Shown here piece after piece: positions 36,600 to 48,241 of a stretch of 64,000 nucleotides of DNA. The notes below the pieces were generated by a model. That model had not been told where the DNA came from and did no database searches. It saw only the letters and a program-made list of their open reading frames with translations. The stretch covers positions 3,472,001-3,536,000 of the forward strand of contig NC_091999.1 of assembly GCF_044704955.1 (NCBI RefSeq), in the 5' to 3' direction. The number at the start of each line of letters is the position of its first letter. Within the stretch, counting starts at the first letter, position 1. This DNA comes from Pristiophorus japonicus. Taxonomy: Eukaryota. Made by a program: the position numbers and the translations under genes.

Positions 36600-39500
36600 A
36601 TTACAGGCATTTGAATTTCACGCCTCCAGCGAGGTTCAGCGGCCTCTGCCGCTTCCCTCCCATCCCCGAGCCCACCGGGCCTAACTTCCCCAAGGTTCCC
36701 CCCTGCCCCTGCCCTGAACTTGCATCTCTCCTCCTGCCCTCTCCGACTTCATCTTTCCCATGAGACCCACCTCCTGCTCCCTGGGCCCTATTCCCACTAA
36801 ACCCCTGACCACACACCTTCCCGACCTGGCCCCCCGTGTTAGCCGACGTTTCCCTCTCCTCAAGTACTGTCCTCCTCAAAACTCCCACCCTTGCCCCCCT
36901 CTGTCCTTGCAAGCTACTGCCCCATCTCCAACCTCCCTTTCCCAAAGTCCTTCAGCGTGTTGTCGTCTCCCAAATCCGTGCCCACCTTTCCCGCAACTCG
37001 ATGTGTGAATCAACTTTCCACACGACCGAAACGCCCCTTATCAAAGTCACAAAAGGCATCCTGTGTAACTAACAGAAAGACTTGCATTTATATAGCGCCT
37101 TTCACAACCACCGGACGTCGCAATGCGCTTTACAGCCAATGCAGTACTTTCGGAGTGTAGTCACTGTTGTAATGTGTGGGAAACGCCAATTTGCGCACAG
37201 CAAGCTCCCACACACACACAGCAATGTGATAATGACCCAGATAATCTGTTTTTGTTATGTTGATTGAGGGATAAATATTGGCCCCAGGACCCCGGGGAGA
37301 ACTCCCCCCTGCTCTTCTTCCAAATAGTGGCCGTGGGATCTTGTACTATCCACCCGAGAGAGCAGACGGGGCCCTCGGTTTAACGTCTCATCCGAAAGAC
37401 GGCACCTCCGACAGTGCAGCACTCCCTCAGCACCGCACTGAAGTGTCGGTCTAGATTTGTTTGCGCTCAGCTATTGCCTCCTGGTCCTTCTCGACTTGTC
37501 TGCAACTTTTAACATGATTAACCACACCATCCCCCTCCAACACCTCTCCTCCACCGTCCAGCTGGATGGGACTGCCCTCGCCTGCTTCCATTCTTATCTA
37601 TCCAGGTATCACCTGCAATGGCTTCTCTTCCCGATCCCGCACCAACACCCCCTCCTATTTCTCATCTCCATGTAGTGCCCCTTGGCGATATCATCCGAAA
37701 ACACAGCGTCAGTTTCCACATGTAGGCTGACAACACCCAGCTCTACCTCACCCCCACCTTCTCTCTACCCCTCCACGGTCCCTAAATTGTCAGACTGCTT
37801 GTCCCACATCCAGTTCTGGATGAGGAGAAATTTCCTCCGTCTAAATATCGGGAAGACCAAAGCCATTGTTTTCGGTCCCTTGCCACAAACTCCGTTCCCT
37901 GGACACTGACTCCATCCCTCGCCCCAACTCCTGTCTGAGGCTGAACCAGACTGTTCGCAACCCAGGTGTCGTATTTGACCACATAACCGTAGCATAACTA
38001 TGACCGCCTATTTCCACCTCCGTAACATCGCCTGTCTCCACCCTTGCCTCAGCTCATCCACTGCTGAAAACCTCATCCATGCCTTTGTTACCTCAAGACT
38101 TAACTATTCCACCGCATCCTGGCCGGCCTTCCACATTCTACCCGACGTAAACTAGAGGTGATCCAAAACTCGGCTGCCCCATGTCCTAACTCGCACCAAG
38201 TCCCGCTCACCCATCACCCCCCTGTGCTCGCTGCCCCCGTGTCCTAACTCGCACCGAGTCCCGCTCACCCATCACCTCCTGTGCTCGCTGCCCCGTGTTC
38301 TAACTCGCACCGAGTCCCGCTCACCCATCACCCCCTGTGCTCGCTGCCCCATGCCCTAACTCACACCGAGTCCCGCTCACCCATCACCCCCTGTGCTCGC
38401 TGCCCCGTGTCCTAACTCGCACCCAGTCCCACTCACCCATCACCCCCTGTGCTCACTGCCCCGTGTCCTAACTCACACCGAGTTCCGCTCACCCATCACC
38501 CCCTGTGCTCACTGCCCCGTGTCCTAACTCACACCCAGTCCCGCTCACCCATCACCCCCTGTGCTCACTGCCCCGTGTCCTAACTCGCACCAAGTCCTGC
38601 TCACCCATCACCCCCTGTACTCGCTGCCCCGTGTCCTAACTCGCACCGAGTCCCGCTCACCCATCGCCCCCTGTGCTCGCTGACCCGTGTCCTAACTCGC
38701 ACCGAGTCCCGCTCACCCATCGCCCCCTGTGCTCGCTGACCCGTGTCCTAACTCGCACCGAGTCCCGCTCACCCATCGCCCCCTGTGCTCGCTGACCCGT
38801 GTCCTAACTCGCACCGAGTCCCGCTCACCCATCACCCCCTGTGCTCACTGCCCCGTGTCCTAACTCGCACCAAGTCCCGCTCACCCATCACCCCCTGTGC
38901 TCGCTGCCCCGTGTCCTAACTCGCACCAAGTCCCGCTCACCCATCGCCCCCTGTGCTCGCTGACCCGTGTCCTAACTCGCACCAAGTCCCGCTCACCCAT
39001 CGCCCCCTGTGCTCACTGATCTACATCGGCTCCCGGTTAAGTAACACTTCGAAATGTTATGTATGCAATAAAGGTTCAAATTGAGTACTGTTTAACTAAG
39101 CAAGGTACACCCTTGGCTCAGCTTTATTTAGACCCAAAGTGCCTGACTCTCAAAATGGCTGGCCTTTTCTACCTGCGCCGCACCATGTGCGTGCTGCTCA
39201 GTGGCCTCCAACAATGCCGCCATCTGGTGGCTACAAACAGAATGTACATACATGACAACTTCGTTTTCAAAATTCTCATCCTTGTTGACAAATCCCTCCA
39301 TGGCCCTCTCCCCTCCCTATCTCTGTAATCTCCTCCAGCCCCACAACCCCCCGAGATGTCTGCGCTCCTCTAATTCTGCCCCCCTGACCATCCCCGATTT
39401 TAATCGCTTAACCAATGGCGGCCGCGCCTTCAGCTGCCTGGGCCCCAAGCTCTGGAACTCCCTCCCTAAACCTCTCCGCCTCTCTACCTCTCTTTCCTCC

Positions 39501-39665
39501 TTCAAGACGCTCCTTAAAACCGACCTCTTTGACCCAGCTTTTGCTCCATGGCCTAATATCCTTTGATGTGGCTCGGGGTCAGATTTTGTTTGAGAATCAC
39601 TCCCGCAAAGCACCTTGGGTAGGTTTTACCACTTAAATGCCGCTATATAAATGCAAGTTGTTATT
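36600..39665 (+). mobile_element. Degenerate L2 LINE with nested antisense DeuSINE (about 37075-37460), 56-bp array (about 38174-39018) and solo LTR
   Basis: LLVLLDLSATF, WMRRNFLRLNIGKT and GGRAFS..PKLWNSLP motifs. Confidence 0.88.
39055..39257. mobile_element. 203-bp solo LTR-like insert carrying a CTCF-like motif
   Basis: Terminal inverted repeats TGTTATGTATG / CATACATGACA; TAGCCACCAGATGGCGGCA on the minus strand at 39215-39233. Confidence 0.7.
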
Positions 39666-40004
39666 GTTGGGTCGAATAACGGGATCAATTCTGAGCAAGT
39701 TTTGCTGAGAGGAGGCCGAGCAGGACAAGGGCAGCAGGCGCATGGAACGCCATCAGCTCCGAGTGCCGACTTGGGAATATATCGGCCGTTCCTTCATCGT
39801 CGCTGGGCCAACATCCTGGAACTCCCTCCCCAGCAGCACTGTGGGAGAATCTTCACTTGTCAAGCCCTCTAGGGAATAAGGGGAGCGGGCGGGGAAGTGG
39901 AGCTGAGTCCATGATCGGATCAGCCATGATCTTATTGAATGGCGGAGCAGGCTCGAGGGGCCGAATGGCCGACTCCTGCTCCTATTTCTTATGTAATGCC
40001 AGAC

Positions 40005-40870
40005 GTTTCAATGAGATCACCTCTCATTCTTCTAAACTCTAGGGAATATTGGCCTAGTCTACTCAATCTCTCCTCATAGGACAATGCCCCCATCCCAGAA
40101 TCAGTCTGGCGAACCTTCGTTGCACTCCCTCTATGGCAAGTATATCCTTCCTTGGGTAAGGAGACCAAAACTGTACACAATACTCCAGGTGTGGTCTCAC
40201 CAGGGCCCGATATAATTGCAGTAAGACCTCTTTACTCTTACATGCCAACCCCTTGCAATAAAGACCAACATATCATTTATTTTCCTAGTTGCTTGCTGTA
40301 CCTGCATGTTAACTTCTTGTGATCCGTATACAAGGACCCCCAGGTCGATCTGAATACCAACATTTACGAGTCAGCTTTTAATGAATATTCTGCTTTTCCA
40401 TTGTTCCTACCAAAATCAATAACCTCAGATTTCCCCACATTAAACGCCATCTGCCACCATCTTGCCCACTCACTTAACGTGTCTATATCCCGTTGCAGCC
40501 TCTTTGTGTCCTCCTCACAGCTTACTTTCCCACCTAGCTTTGTGTCATCAGCAAACTTGGATACATTGCACTCGGTCCCCTCAACCAAGTCATTGATCTA
40601 GATTGTAAATAGCTGGGGCCCCAGCACTGATCCTCGCGGCACCCCACTAGTTACAGCCTGCCAACCTGAAAATGGCTCAATTATTCCTACTTTCTGTTTT
40701 CTGTCCATTAACCAATCCTCAATCCATGCTAGTATATTACCCCCAATCCCATGAGCCCTAATTTTGTGTAATAACCTCTTGTGTGGCTCCTTATCGAATG
40801 CTTTCTGAAAATCCAAATATACCACATCCACTGGTTCCCCCTTATCTACCCTGCTATTTACAACCTCAAA
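40005..40870 (-). mobile_element. CR1 LINE RT fragment
   Basis: ORFs 40063-40248, 40364-40588 and 40598-41134. Confidence 0.9.
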
Positions 40871-41315
40871 AAAAATCTCGAATGAATTTGACATTTTCTG
40901 GTGCCCGAGATGGACCCGCTCCCGCCACTGATGAAGGTGACCATCGAGGTTATAATCAATTAGGAGTTCCACCCTGCTTGATCCCAGGAGGTCTTTCAGG
41001 GGATCAGCAGTGGCGGTTCCTGGTGAGCCAATCCTGGCATTTACGCCGGGATCCGGAGACCAGTGGAATATCAGTCTCGGCTTTTGGGGGAAAAGTTCCA
41101 CATGAGAAGCTTTCGACTGAACTGAAATTTGCAAGCTATCCAGGGCAGAAGTCGGGGTCAGGCGTGAGACTTGGTTGGAAGGTGGCAGGCTGACTGGCCG
41201 TGAGAGGCATCACGTCGGACTGGATCACAGGACGTGACTTGTTCTGCTTTTGCGTTGGTTGGCACCTGGTGTGGCGGGGAGGGGGATTGAGGGGCAGACG
41301 TGGCAGTCAGCACAG

Positions 41316-41377
41316 ATTTGCATACACGAAACCGACGGCACAAAACACCCGAGAGAGCGTGCAGAGCGACTTTAAAA
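41316..41377 (+). promoter_or_regulatory. IgL V promoter: octamer plus TATA-like box
   Basis: ATTTGCAT at 41316-41323 (light-chain orientation) and TTTAAAA at 41371-41377, about 100-160 bp upstream of the ATG. A 7/8 octamer ATTTGCAA lies at 41127-41134. Confidence 0.8.
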
Positions 41378-41473
41378 GCTCGGCTGTCGGAGGGCAGCAG
41401 ACCAAGCAGAGACAACACCTCAACCGTTTGGCACTTTCTCAGTGGGGAGACAGTGAAGGACCTGTGCAGTGCC

Positions 41474-41519
41474 ATGGACTCAGCCCGCCTCCTGTTTGTG
41501 TTCATCCTCCACCTTGCCC
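41474..41519 (+). CDS. Ig light chain leader exon (L1), MDSARLLFVFILHLA, phase-1 end
   Basis: gccATGg Kozak context, hydrophobic signal peptide, donor GTGAGT at 41520. Splices in frame to the acceptor AG at 42001-42002, giving ...LHLARVLA/DPRVTQ. Confidence 0.9.
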
Positions 41520-41585
41520 GTGAGTGCCAGCCTGTTTATACGCAGGGTCCGGGATAGCTGCGGGGGGATCTCAGCAGTGCTGCCA

Positions 41586-41982
41586 TTTCCCTTTTAATTT
41601 ATTTAAGGGGAGGGAGTGGGGTCCGGGAGAGAGTCTCCCCTCGCTCACTGACAGAGTATTTCCCTTTTAATTTATTTAAGGGGGCGATACAGGCTGGGTG
41701 TGGGGTCCGGAGTGAGTCATCTTACCCACTGCCAGAGTATTTCCCTTTTAATTTATTTAAGGGGGCGACACAGACTGGGTGTGGGGTCCGTAGAGTGAGT
41801 CGTCATACCCACTGACAGAGTATTTCCCTTTTAATTTATTTAAGGGGGCGACACAGACTGGGTGTGGGGTCCGTAGAGTGAGTCGTCATACCCACTGACA
41901 GAGTATTTCCCTTTTAATTTATTTAAGGGGGGCGACACAGACTGGGTGTGGGGTCCGTAGAGTGAGTCCCCTCGCCCACTGA
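41586..41982 (+). repeat. About 83-bp tandem repeat (5 copies) filling the L-V intron
   Basis: tttcccttttaatttatttaagggg recurs at about 41587, 41659, 41740, 41823 and 41906. Confidence 0.9.
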
Positions 41983-42002
41983 CCGGTGTCTCTCTTTTCC
42001 AG

Positions 42003-42321
42003 GTGTTTTGGCCGACCCCCGTGTCACTCAGGAGCCCCTCGCTGGGCCGGTCACCGCGGGAGAGACGGTTAAACTGAAGTGCAACCTGCTCGGAGCCAGC
42101 TCCGGCACCTATGGCATCAGCTGGGTACGGCAGTCACCGGGGAGCACACCCCAGGGGGTTTTGTACTACAGCACCGGCAGGAGCATCTACCGTGCCCCGG
42201 GTATCACCGACCGCTTCACCCCCTCGGCCCAGGACTCCAGTTTCACCTACCACCTGACCATCAGCGCTCTGCAGGCCGAGGACTCGGCCATTTACTACTG
42301 CATGGTCAGGGTGAGCGGTCC
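42003..42321 (+). CDS. Ig light chain V segment, germline and unrearranged; most like shark sigma-2 (sigma-cart/type I/NS5) V by recollection
   Basis: DPRVTQEPLAGPVTAGETVKLKC...ISWVRQSPG...DRF...LTISALQAEDSAIYYCMVRVSG. Both canonical Cys, the Trp and DxAxYYC are intact. Pyrimidine-rich acceptor upstream and an RSS immediately after. Confidence 0.95.
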
Positions 42322-42349
42322 CACAGTGACACACAGCGTGACACAAACT
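42322..42349 (+). other. 12-RSS of V
   Basis: Heptamer CACAGTG 42322-42328, 12-bp spacer ACACACAGCGTG, nonamer ACACAAACT 42341-42349 (7/9 match to ACAAAAACC). Confidence 0.93.
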
Positions 42350-42464
42350 TCCTCTGGGGCCCCGAAATGCTTCGCAGTGCAGCAGCCTCAGCCTTGCCCG
42401 CCTCCTTATCGTCCTACGGAGGTCCACCACAGGGCAAGGAGAACTGGCATCGTTTTGCCTCCTT

Positions 42465-44500
42465 TAACAACAACAACAACAACAACAACCACCTGTATTT
42501 ATACAGCGCCTTTAATGTAGTCAAACATCCCAAGGCGCTTCACAGCAGTGTTTGAAGACAAAGCAATACATTTGACCCCGAACCACATAAGAAGAAATGA
42601 CGGCAGGCAACCAAATTCTTGGTCAAAGAGGTAGGTTTTGAGGAGCGTCTTACAGTAGGAAAGCGAGGCGGAGAGGTTCAGGGAGGGAGTTCCAGAGCTC
42701 GGGGCCCAGGCAACAGAAGTCACGGCCACCGATGGTGGAGCGATTATAATCGGGGATGGTCAAGAGGCCAACAAATTGGAGGAGCGCAGAGATCTCAGGG
42801 GGCTGTGGGGCTGGAGGGGAATACAGAGATAGGGAGGGGTGAGACCATGGAGGGATTTGAAAACGAGGATGAGAATTTTTACTGGACCGAGAGCCAATGT
42901 AGGTCAGTGAGCACAGGGGGTGATGGGTGAGTGGGACTGGGTGCGAGTTAGGACACTGGGCAGCGAGCACAGCGGGTGATGGGTGAGCGGGAATCGGTGC
43001 GAGTTAGGACATGGGGCAGCAAGCACAGGGGGTGATGGGTGAACGGGACTCGGTGCGAGTTCGGACACGGGGCAGTGAGCACAGGGGGTGATGGGTGAGC
43101 AGGACTCGGTGCGAGTTAGGACACGGGGCCGTGAGCACAGGGGGTGATGGGTGAGCGGGACTGGGTGCGAGTTAGGACACGGGGCAGTGAGCACAGGGGG
43201 TGATGGGTGAGCGGGACTCGGTGCGAGTTAGGACATGGGGCAGCGAGCACAGGGGGTGATGGGTGAGCGGGACTCGGTGCGAGTTAGCACACGGAGCAGC
43301 GAGCACAGGGGGTGATGGGTGAACAGGACTCGGTGCGAGTTAGGACACGGGGCAGTGAGCACAGGGGGTGATGGGTGAGCGGGACTGGGTGCGAGTTAGG
43401 ACATGGGGCAGTGAGCACAGGGGGTGATGGGTGAGCGGGACTGGGTGCGAGTTAGGACATGGGGCAGCGAGCACAGGGGGTGATGGGTGAATGGGACTCG
43501 GTGCGAGTTAGGACATGGGGCAGCGAGCACAGGGGGTGATGGGTGAGCGGGACTCGGTGCGAGTTAGGACACGGGCAGCGAGCACAGGGGGTGATGGGTG
43601 AGCGGGACTGGGTGCGAGTTAGGACACGGGGCAGTGAGCACAGGGGGTGATGGGTGAGTGGGACTGGGTGCGAGTTAGGACACGGGGCAGTGAGCACAGG
43701 GGGTGATGGGTGAGCGGGACTGGGTGCGAGTTAGGACATGGGGCAGCGAGCACAGGGGGTGATGGGTGAGTGGGACTCGGTGCGAGTTAGGACATGGGGC
43801 AGTGAGCACAGGGGGTGATGGGTGAGTGGGACTCGGTGCGAGTTAGGACACGGGGCAGTGAGCACAGGGGGTGATGGGTGAGCGGGACTCGGTGTGAGTT
43901 AGGGCACGGGCAGCGAGCACAGGGGGTGATGGGTGAGCGGGACTCGGTGCGAGTTAGGACACGGGGCAGTGAGCACAGGGGGTGATGGGTGAGCGGGACT
44001 CGGTGTGAGTTAGGACACGGGCAGCGAGCACAGGGGGTGATGGGTGAGCGGGACTCGGTGCGAGTTAGGACACGGGGCCGTGAGCACAGGGGGTGATGGG
44101 TGAGCGGGACTAGGTGCGAGTTAGGACACGGGGCAGTGAGCACAGGGGGTGATGGGTGAGCGGGACTCGGTGCGAGTTAGGACATGGGGCAGCGAGCACA
44201 GGGGGTGATGGGTGAGTGGGACTGGGTGCGAGTTAGGACACGGGGCAGCGAGCACAGGGGGTGATGGGTGAGCGGGACTCGGTGCGAGTTAGGACACGGG
44301 CAGCGAGCACAGGGGGTGATGGGTGAGCGGGACTCGGTGTGAGTTAGGACACAGGGGCAGCGAGCACAGGGGGTGATGGGTGAGCGGGACTGGATGCGAG
44401 TTAGGACACGGGGCAGCGAGCACAGGGGGTGATGGGTGAGCGGGACTCGGTGCGAGTTAGGACATGGGGCTGCCGAGTTTTGGATGAGCTGAAGTTTACG
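42465..44500 (-). mobile_element. L2 LINE 3' end with 56-bp array (about 42905-44472) inside the V-J interval
   Basis: (TTG)n tail and same family as 27120-29010. Confidence 0.9.
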
Positions 44501-44669
44501 GAGGAGGGTGGAAGATGGGAGGGAGCAAAGGGGGGCACTGGAATACTCAGCGTTCCTTCATTCCACGCGGATAACTGGAAGAGGGGTGGGGGGGTCGGGT
44601 GGGTCAGACTCTGACCTTTCACCCACTGGGTCCTGATTTTAACCCTAACTGCATTCTGTAACTCTCACG

Positions 44670-45302
44670 GGTTGTGGTTTCGCTGCCAAGGCCGGCATTT
44701 ATTGCCCGTCCCCTAACTGCCCCTTGAGAAGGAGGTGGTGAGCCGCCTTCTTGAACCGCTGCAGTCCGTGTGGTGAAGGTGCTCCCACAGTGCTGTTCGG
44801 GAGGGAGTTCCAGGATTGTGACCCAGCGACGATGGAGGAACGGCCGATATATTCCCAAGTCGGGATGGTGTGTGACTGGGAGGGGAACGTGGAGGTGGTG
44901 GTGTTCCCATGGACCTGCTGCCCTTGTCCTTCTAGCGGGTAGAGGTGGCGGGTTTGGGAGGTGTTGCCGAAGAAGCCTTGGCGAGTTGCCGCGGTGCATC
45001 TTGTAGACGGTGCACACTGCAGCCAGGGGGCGCCGGTGGTGGAGGGAGTGAGTGTTGAAGGTGGTGGGTAGTGTGGCCCATCGAGCGGGGCTGCTTTGTC
45101 CTGGATGGTGTCGAGCTTCTCGAGTGTCGTTGGAGCTGCAACTCATCCAGGCAAAGTGGGGAGTGTTCCATCACACTCCTGACTTGTGTCTTGTGGATGG
45201 CGGGAAGGCTTTGGGGAGTCGGGAGGTGAGACACTCGCCGCAGAATACCCAGCCTCTGGCCCGCTCTCCTTGCCGCAGTGTATATGTGGCTGGTCCGGTT
45301 AA
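44670..45302 (-). mobile_element. Second CR1-like family fragment inside the V-J interval
   Basis: HKTQVRSVMEHSPL, homologous to 33050-33570. Confidence 0.85.
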
Positions 45303-45360
45303 GTCGCCAGTATAGAGACAGTTTGTGATCCCTCTGTTCTGCGCCTCTCTCGCAGGTTGA

Positions 45361-45400
45361 AGTTTTTGTACAGTGTCCTCCCTTCCCCTGAGGCACTGTG
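45361..45400 (-). other. 23-type RSS of J (spacer counted as 24 bp)
   Basis: On the + strand: AGTTTTTGT 45361-45369 (8/9 match to GGTTTTTGT), spacer 45370-45393, CACTGTG 45394-45400. Confidence 0.85.
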
Positions 45401-45439
45401 GGTATGTCAGCGGTAATGGAACGCCCCTGGACGTCAAGA
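45401..45439 (+). CDS. Ig light chain J segment YVSGNGTPLDVK (F of FGxGT replaced by S)
   Basis: Directly follows the heptamer; GxGT-x-L-x-V pattern; phase-1 donor GTGAGT at 45440, in frame with the C exon. Confidence 0.85.
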
Positions 45440-46409
45440 GTGAGTAATCTTTTTTTTAATCCTTCACTGGCCTCAGAGGCTTCGATCAGTTCTTGTTGCA
45501 AATGTTGCTTGTTGCTGCTTTGTTGGGGGTGGGCTCGGGAGAGGGGGCCAGGGGGAGGGCGGGTGAGTGTTCAGTATTGATTACCCCTTTCAGATGCTAA
45601 TCTGTGTTGGAACCGTTAAGTGGGGCTGTGGGGGGGGACGGGGGGGCGTGGTGTGTCGGCCAGGACTGTCGTTCTTTGCGGGTCTCGAAATTTCTCTTTA
45701 AGGAGGTACGTGCATTTCTATAGCACCTTCCACGACCTCAGGACATCCAAGGAGGTATTTTTTTTTCTCCCCCCAAAGTGCAGCCGCCGCCGTAACGTAG
45801 GAAACGCGGCAGCCGATCTGCGCACAGCAAGATCCCACAGACGACACTGCGAGAAACGGCCAGATCGTCTGTGGGATCTTGCTGTGCGCAGCTGGGGGGG
45901 GGGGGTGGGGGGCCGGTGGGAATTAAAAATTCAATGAATTAAATAAACCTGGAATTTAAAAAGCTAGTCAGGGCGAGCATGAAACTACCAAATTGTCGTT
46001 TAAAAAACACCCATCTGGCTCACCAATGTCCCTTAGGGAAGGAAAACCTGTCCTTCTCACCCGCTCCAGATTCCCACTACCTTTTGTGTGAAGAAATGCT
46101 TCCTGCTTTTCCTCCTGAATGGTCCCGCTCCAATTTTAAGATGGTGCCCCCCTTGTCCGAATTCCCGCCCGACCGGGGGAAATAAGCTTCCCCATGTCTA
46201 CCCGAGCAAATCCTTTTAACACTTTCAACACCTCCAGCAGACCAGCCTCAATCTTCTGTCCTACAGGGGATCCGAGCCAAGTTTATGCTGTGCTTGTCTC
46301 ATAATTGGCTCGGTCTGTCTCACTCTCACCTCTGAGTCAGTGGGTCGGGGGTTCGAGACCCCCCGCTCCAGAGACTCGAGCCATGTAATCCAGGGGCAAC
46401 ACCCCCGGT

Positions 46410-47560
46410 GCCAGTACTGAGGGAGCGCCGCACTGTCGGAGGGGCAGTACTGAGGGAGCGCCGCACTGTCGGAGGGGCAGTACTGAGGGAGCGCCGCACT
46501 GTCGGAGGGGCAGTACTGAGGGAGCGCCGCACTGTCGGAGGGGCAGTACTGAGGGAGCGCCGCACTGTCGGAGGGGCCGTACTGAGGGAGCGCCGCACTG
46601 TCGGAGGGGCAGTACTGAGGGAGCGCCGCACTGTCGGAGGGGCAGTACTGAGGGAGCGCCGCACTGTCGGAGGGGCAGTACTGAGGGAGCGCCGCACTGT
46701 CGGAGGGGCAGTACTGAGGGAGCGCCGCACTGTCGGAGGGGCAGTACTGAGGGAGCGCCGCACTGTCGGAGGGGCAGTACTGAGGGAGCGCCGCACTGTC
46801 GGAGGGGCAGTACTGAGGGAGCGCCGCACTGTCGGAGGGGCAGTACTGAGGGAGCGCCGCACTGTCGGAGGGGCAGTACTGAGGGAGCGCCGCACTGTCG
46901 GAGGGGCAGTACTGAGGGAGCGCCGCACTGTCGGAGGGGCAGTACTGAGGGAGCGCCGCACTGTCGGAGGGGCAGTACTGAGGGAGCGCCGCACTGTCGG
47001 AGGGGCAGTACTGAGGGAGCGCCGCACTGTCGGAGGGGCAGTACTGAGGGAGCGCCGCACTGTCGGAGGGGCAGTACTGAGGGAGTGCTGCACTGTCGGA
47101 GGGGCAGTACTGAAGGAGCGCCGCACTGTCGGAGGGGCAGTACTGAGGGAGTGCTGCAATGTCGGAGGGGCAGTGCTGAGGGAGCGCTGCACTGTCAGAG
47201 GGACAGTAGTGAGGGTGCACCAGACTGTCGGAGGGGCAGTACTGAGGGAGCGCTGCACTGTCGGAGGGGCAGTACTGAGGGAGCGCCATTCTGTCGCAGG
47301 GGCAGTACTGAGGGAGCGCCGCACTGTCGGAGGGGCAGTACTGAGGGAGCGCCCCACTGTCGGAGGGGCAGTACTGAGGGAGCGCCCCTCTGTCGGAGGG
47401 GCAGTACTGAGGGAGCGCTGCACTGTCGGAGGGGCAGTACTGAGGGAGCGCTGCACTGTCGGAGGGGCAGTACTGAGGGAGCGCTGCACTGTCGGAGGGA
47501 CAGTACTGAGGGAGCGCTGCACTGTCGGAGGGGCAGTACTGAGGGAGCGCTGCACTGTTG
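46410..47560 (+). repeat. 33-bp minisatellite inside a DeuSINE (about 46320-47890)
   Basis: cagtactgagggagcgccgcactgtcggagggg repeats; a shorter antisense array lies at about 50175-50340. Confidence 0.92.
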
Positions 47561-48090
47561 GAGGTGGTATCTTTCGGATGAGACGTTAAATCCAGGCCCC
47601 GTCTGCCCTCTCAGGTGGATGTAAAATATTCCACGGCCACTGCTTTGAAGAAGAGCAGGGGTGTTGTACCCCCGGGGTCCTGCTGCCAATAATTATTCCT
47701 TGACCAACATTACTAAAAAAAGTATTATCTGGTCGTTTACTTCATTGCTATTTGTGGGATCTTGCTGTGCGCAAATTGCCTGTCGCGTTTCCAACATTAC
47801 CACAAGTGACAACACTTCAAAAAGTACCTCATTGGCTGTAAGGCATTATAGGACGTCCTGAGATGGTAAAAGGCACTATATAAATTCAAGTTATTTCTTT
47901 ATTTTTGATTCTAGCCCCCAGGGGAAAGCGTTTCTCTGCAACAATCCTGCCAACAATTTCAACGGCCGTTTTGGTCGTGGTTGGCGAGCCCCTCTCTGCT
48001 GTCACTCCCGGACGAGCCAGTCGCTTGCTAGTTGGCTTTCCTTCCCCGGGAGTTAAAATCGATTCCCTCTCATTCTGACTGGAGAAGCCC

Positions 48091-48241
48091 CTGATCCAAG
48101 TCGTCCTGCTCCGTGTCGGGATTTCCCTCTCACACTCGCCAGAGGAGCTCCAGATCCATCTCCTCGAATACCGTGTCGGGATTTCACTTTCACTCACTCT
48201 GATCCAAGTCGTCCTGCTCCGTGTCGGGATTTCCCTCTCAC
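48091..48241 (+). promoter_or_regulatory. Candidate J-C intronic enhancer with three NF-kB-type sites
   Basis: GGGATTTCCC at 48118 and 48226, GGGATTTCAC at 48178, and TTTCACTTTCACT (IRF/PRDM1-like) at 48182-48194, all in sequence with no recognisable transposon origin. Confidence 0.55.

Noticed and set aside
44786-44792. CACAGTG between V and J as a D-segment RSS
   Set aside because: It lies within a LINE fragment and has no nonamer at 12 or 23 bp.
45356-45439. Leader spliced to the pre-J acceptor giving a lambda5-like L-J-C protein
   Set aside because: In the J frame there is TGA at 45358-45360, immediately after the acceptor.
46261-47689. 340-410 aa repetitive ORFs, and a possible CRISPR-like array
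   Set aside because: Head-to-tail 33-bp repeat without unique spacers, derived from a SINE.
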